64,000 nucleotides of DNA from Minisyncoccota bacterium (lineage in GTDB: Bacteria; Patescibacteriota; Minisyncoccia; Phycocordibacterales; UBA9973): positions 3,305-67,304 of the forward strand of contig CALNZI010000004.1 of the NCBI GenBank assembly GCA_942491275.1, read 5' to 3'. Both the position numbers and the translations under genes were made by a program. Below, in pieces: positions 63,488 through 64,000 of the stretch. The notes below the pieces were generated by a model, which was not told where the DNA came from, did not search any database, and saw only the letters and a program-made list of their open reading frames with translations. The first letter of the stretch is position 1, and every line of letters begins with the position of its first letter.

Positions 63488-63781
63488 GTCCCCGGGAAGC
63501 ATCCCGTTTCAGGGCATTAAAGCCATGAAAGAGTTGTACCTTGATCCCAGGAAAAAAGTCCGGCACCACATTGCTGGCCACAAAAACCACATCCGGTTGA
63601 AACGCCATGACCCCGTCTACGGTTTTCAGTAAATGCTCAGTCTTCTTCATATAAGGGATATATTGTTTCTGCGCCAGGAACCACGCCAAACCCATCCCCC
63701 CTGACGAAGGATTTCCTCCTGGAGGGGACGTACAATGGCAAAGGCATAAAGGTGGGAAACATAGAGAAGATATTTTTTCAT
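63487..63781 (-). pseudogene. N-terminal fragment of a CDP-glycerol glycerophosphotransferase (TagB/F)-like gene, GC-rich, truncated at the junction and possibly frameshifted
   Basis: Minus strand: ATG at 63781 gives MKKYLLYVSHLYAFAIVRPLQEEILRQGG. After a 6-nt G-run (C-run at 63696..63701 on plus) the next frame gives GLAWFLAQKQY...PDVVFVASNVVPDFFPGIKVQLFHGFNALK. It ends where the AT-rich DNA begins. Confidence 0.45.
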
Positions 63782-63853
63782 TATTTCAGCATTTCCTTTC
63801 TCGCCGTCGACGGGGATGTTTTCAGAACCAGGTCAATCCATGGGATGGGGTCA

Positions 63854-64000
63854 TCAACGCCTGTGGATTTCATTGCGCCCTGCCATACGGTGTAAAGTCC
63901 ACAGGCCCGCATATTTGTTAAATGCCCCCTGGCTGTACATCGCCGCCACCAGAAATCCCACCGGCCCATCCAGAAACCCCAGCCGAATAACATAACATCG
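63854..64000 (-). CDS. C-terminal fragment of a family-2 glycosyltransferase-like gene (GC-rich, runs off the right edge)
   Basis: The minus frame starting at nt 64000 reads RCYVIRLGFLDGPVGFLVAAMYSQGAFNKYAGLWTLHRMAGRNEIHRR-stop (RxGFLDGxxGF...KYxKLW tail typical of GT2 enzymes). The listed ORF 63781..63993 is in a different, W-rich frame. Confidence 0.45.
   Translation of the reverse strand, partial: RCYVIRLGFLDGPVGFLVAAMYSQGAFNKYAGLWTLHRMAGRNEIHRR

Noticed and set aside
63781-63993. 70-aa minus-strand ORF (MLFGWGFWMGRWDFWW...).
   Set aside because: It is a W/R-rich wrong-frame translation. The adjacent frame gives a plausible GT2 C-terminus (RLGFLDGPVGF...KYAGLW) ending at 63854.

Overview
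This is an AT-rich, gene-dense bacterial fragment (roughly one-third G+C by eye) that uses the standard genetic code. Its content looks like a Candidate Phyla Radiation / Patescibacteria (Parcubacteria-like) genome. That is an inference from gene content, not from a search. The content comprises a minimal housekeeping set (polA, tsaE, ruvA, ruvX, fpg, rpsT, rplS, rluD-like, trmH-like), PilM/N/O-like genes, many small membrane proteins, GH130 enzymes, a class II RNR, an orphan trpB and one giant repeat-domain surface protein. I find 9 tRNA genes, none with an encoded CCA. There are no rRNA genes, no CRISPR array and no intact transposase or integrase.

Main observations:
1. A ~570-aa cysteine-rich protein family I do not recognise is present in six copies: one singleton, one tandem pair and one tandem triple. 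Together they span 10,287 nt, about 16% of the window.
2. A Gabija-like pair (OLD-family ATPase/TOPRIM nuclease plus a short UvrD-like helicase) sits next to tRNA-Arg.
3. A textbook leader-peptide attenuator with tandem Trp codons lies upstream of the orphan trpB.
4. A SAM-I riboswitch sits in front of a 35-codon Met-rich micro-ORF.
5. A cobalamin-riboswitch-like element lies between a B12-dependent RNR and DUF4430-type genes.
6. polA is broken by a single -1 shift in an A8 run.
7. Extended -10 boxes (TGnTAnAAT) lie 6-8 nt before many ATGs, and three tRNAs end 1-2 nt before a start codon. Both suggest widespread leaderless mRNAs.
8. Repeated structured elements and partial tRNA duplications flank tRNA genes.
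9. The last ~515 nt are compositionally foreign (about 50% G+C, envelope-glycosyltransferase fragments). This indicates a chimeric join, a contig concatenation or a very recent insertion.

All product calls rest on motifs read from the translations. No database search was run.
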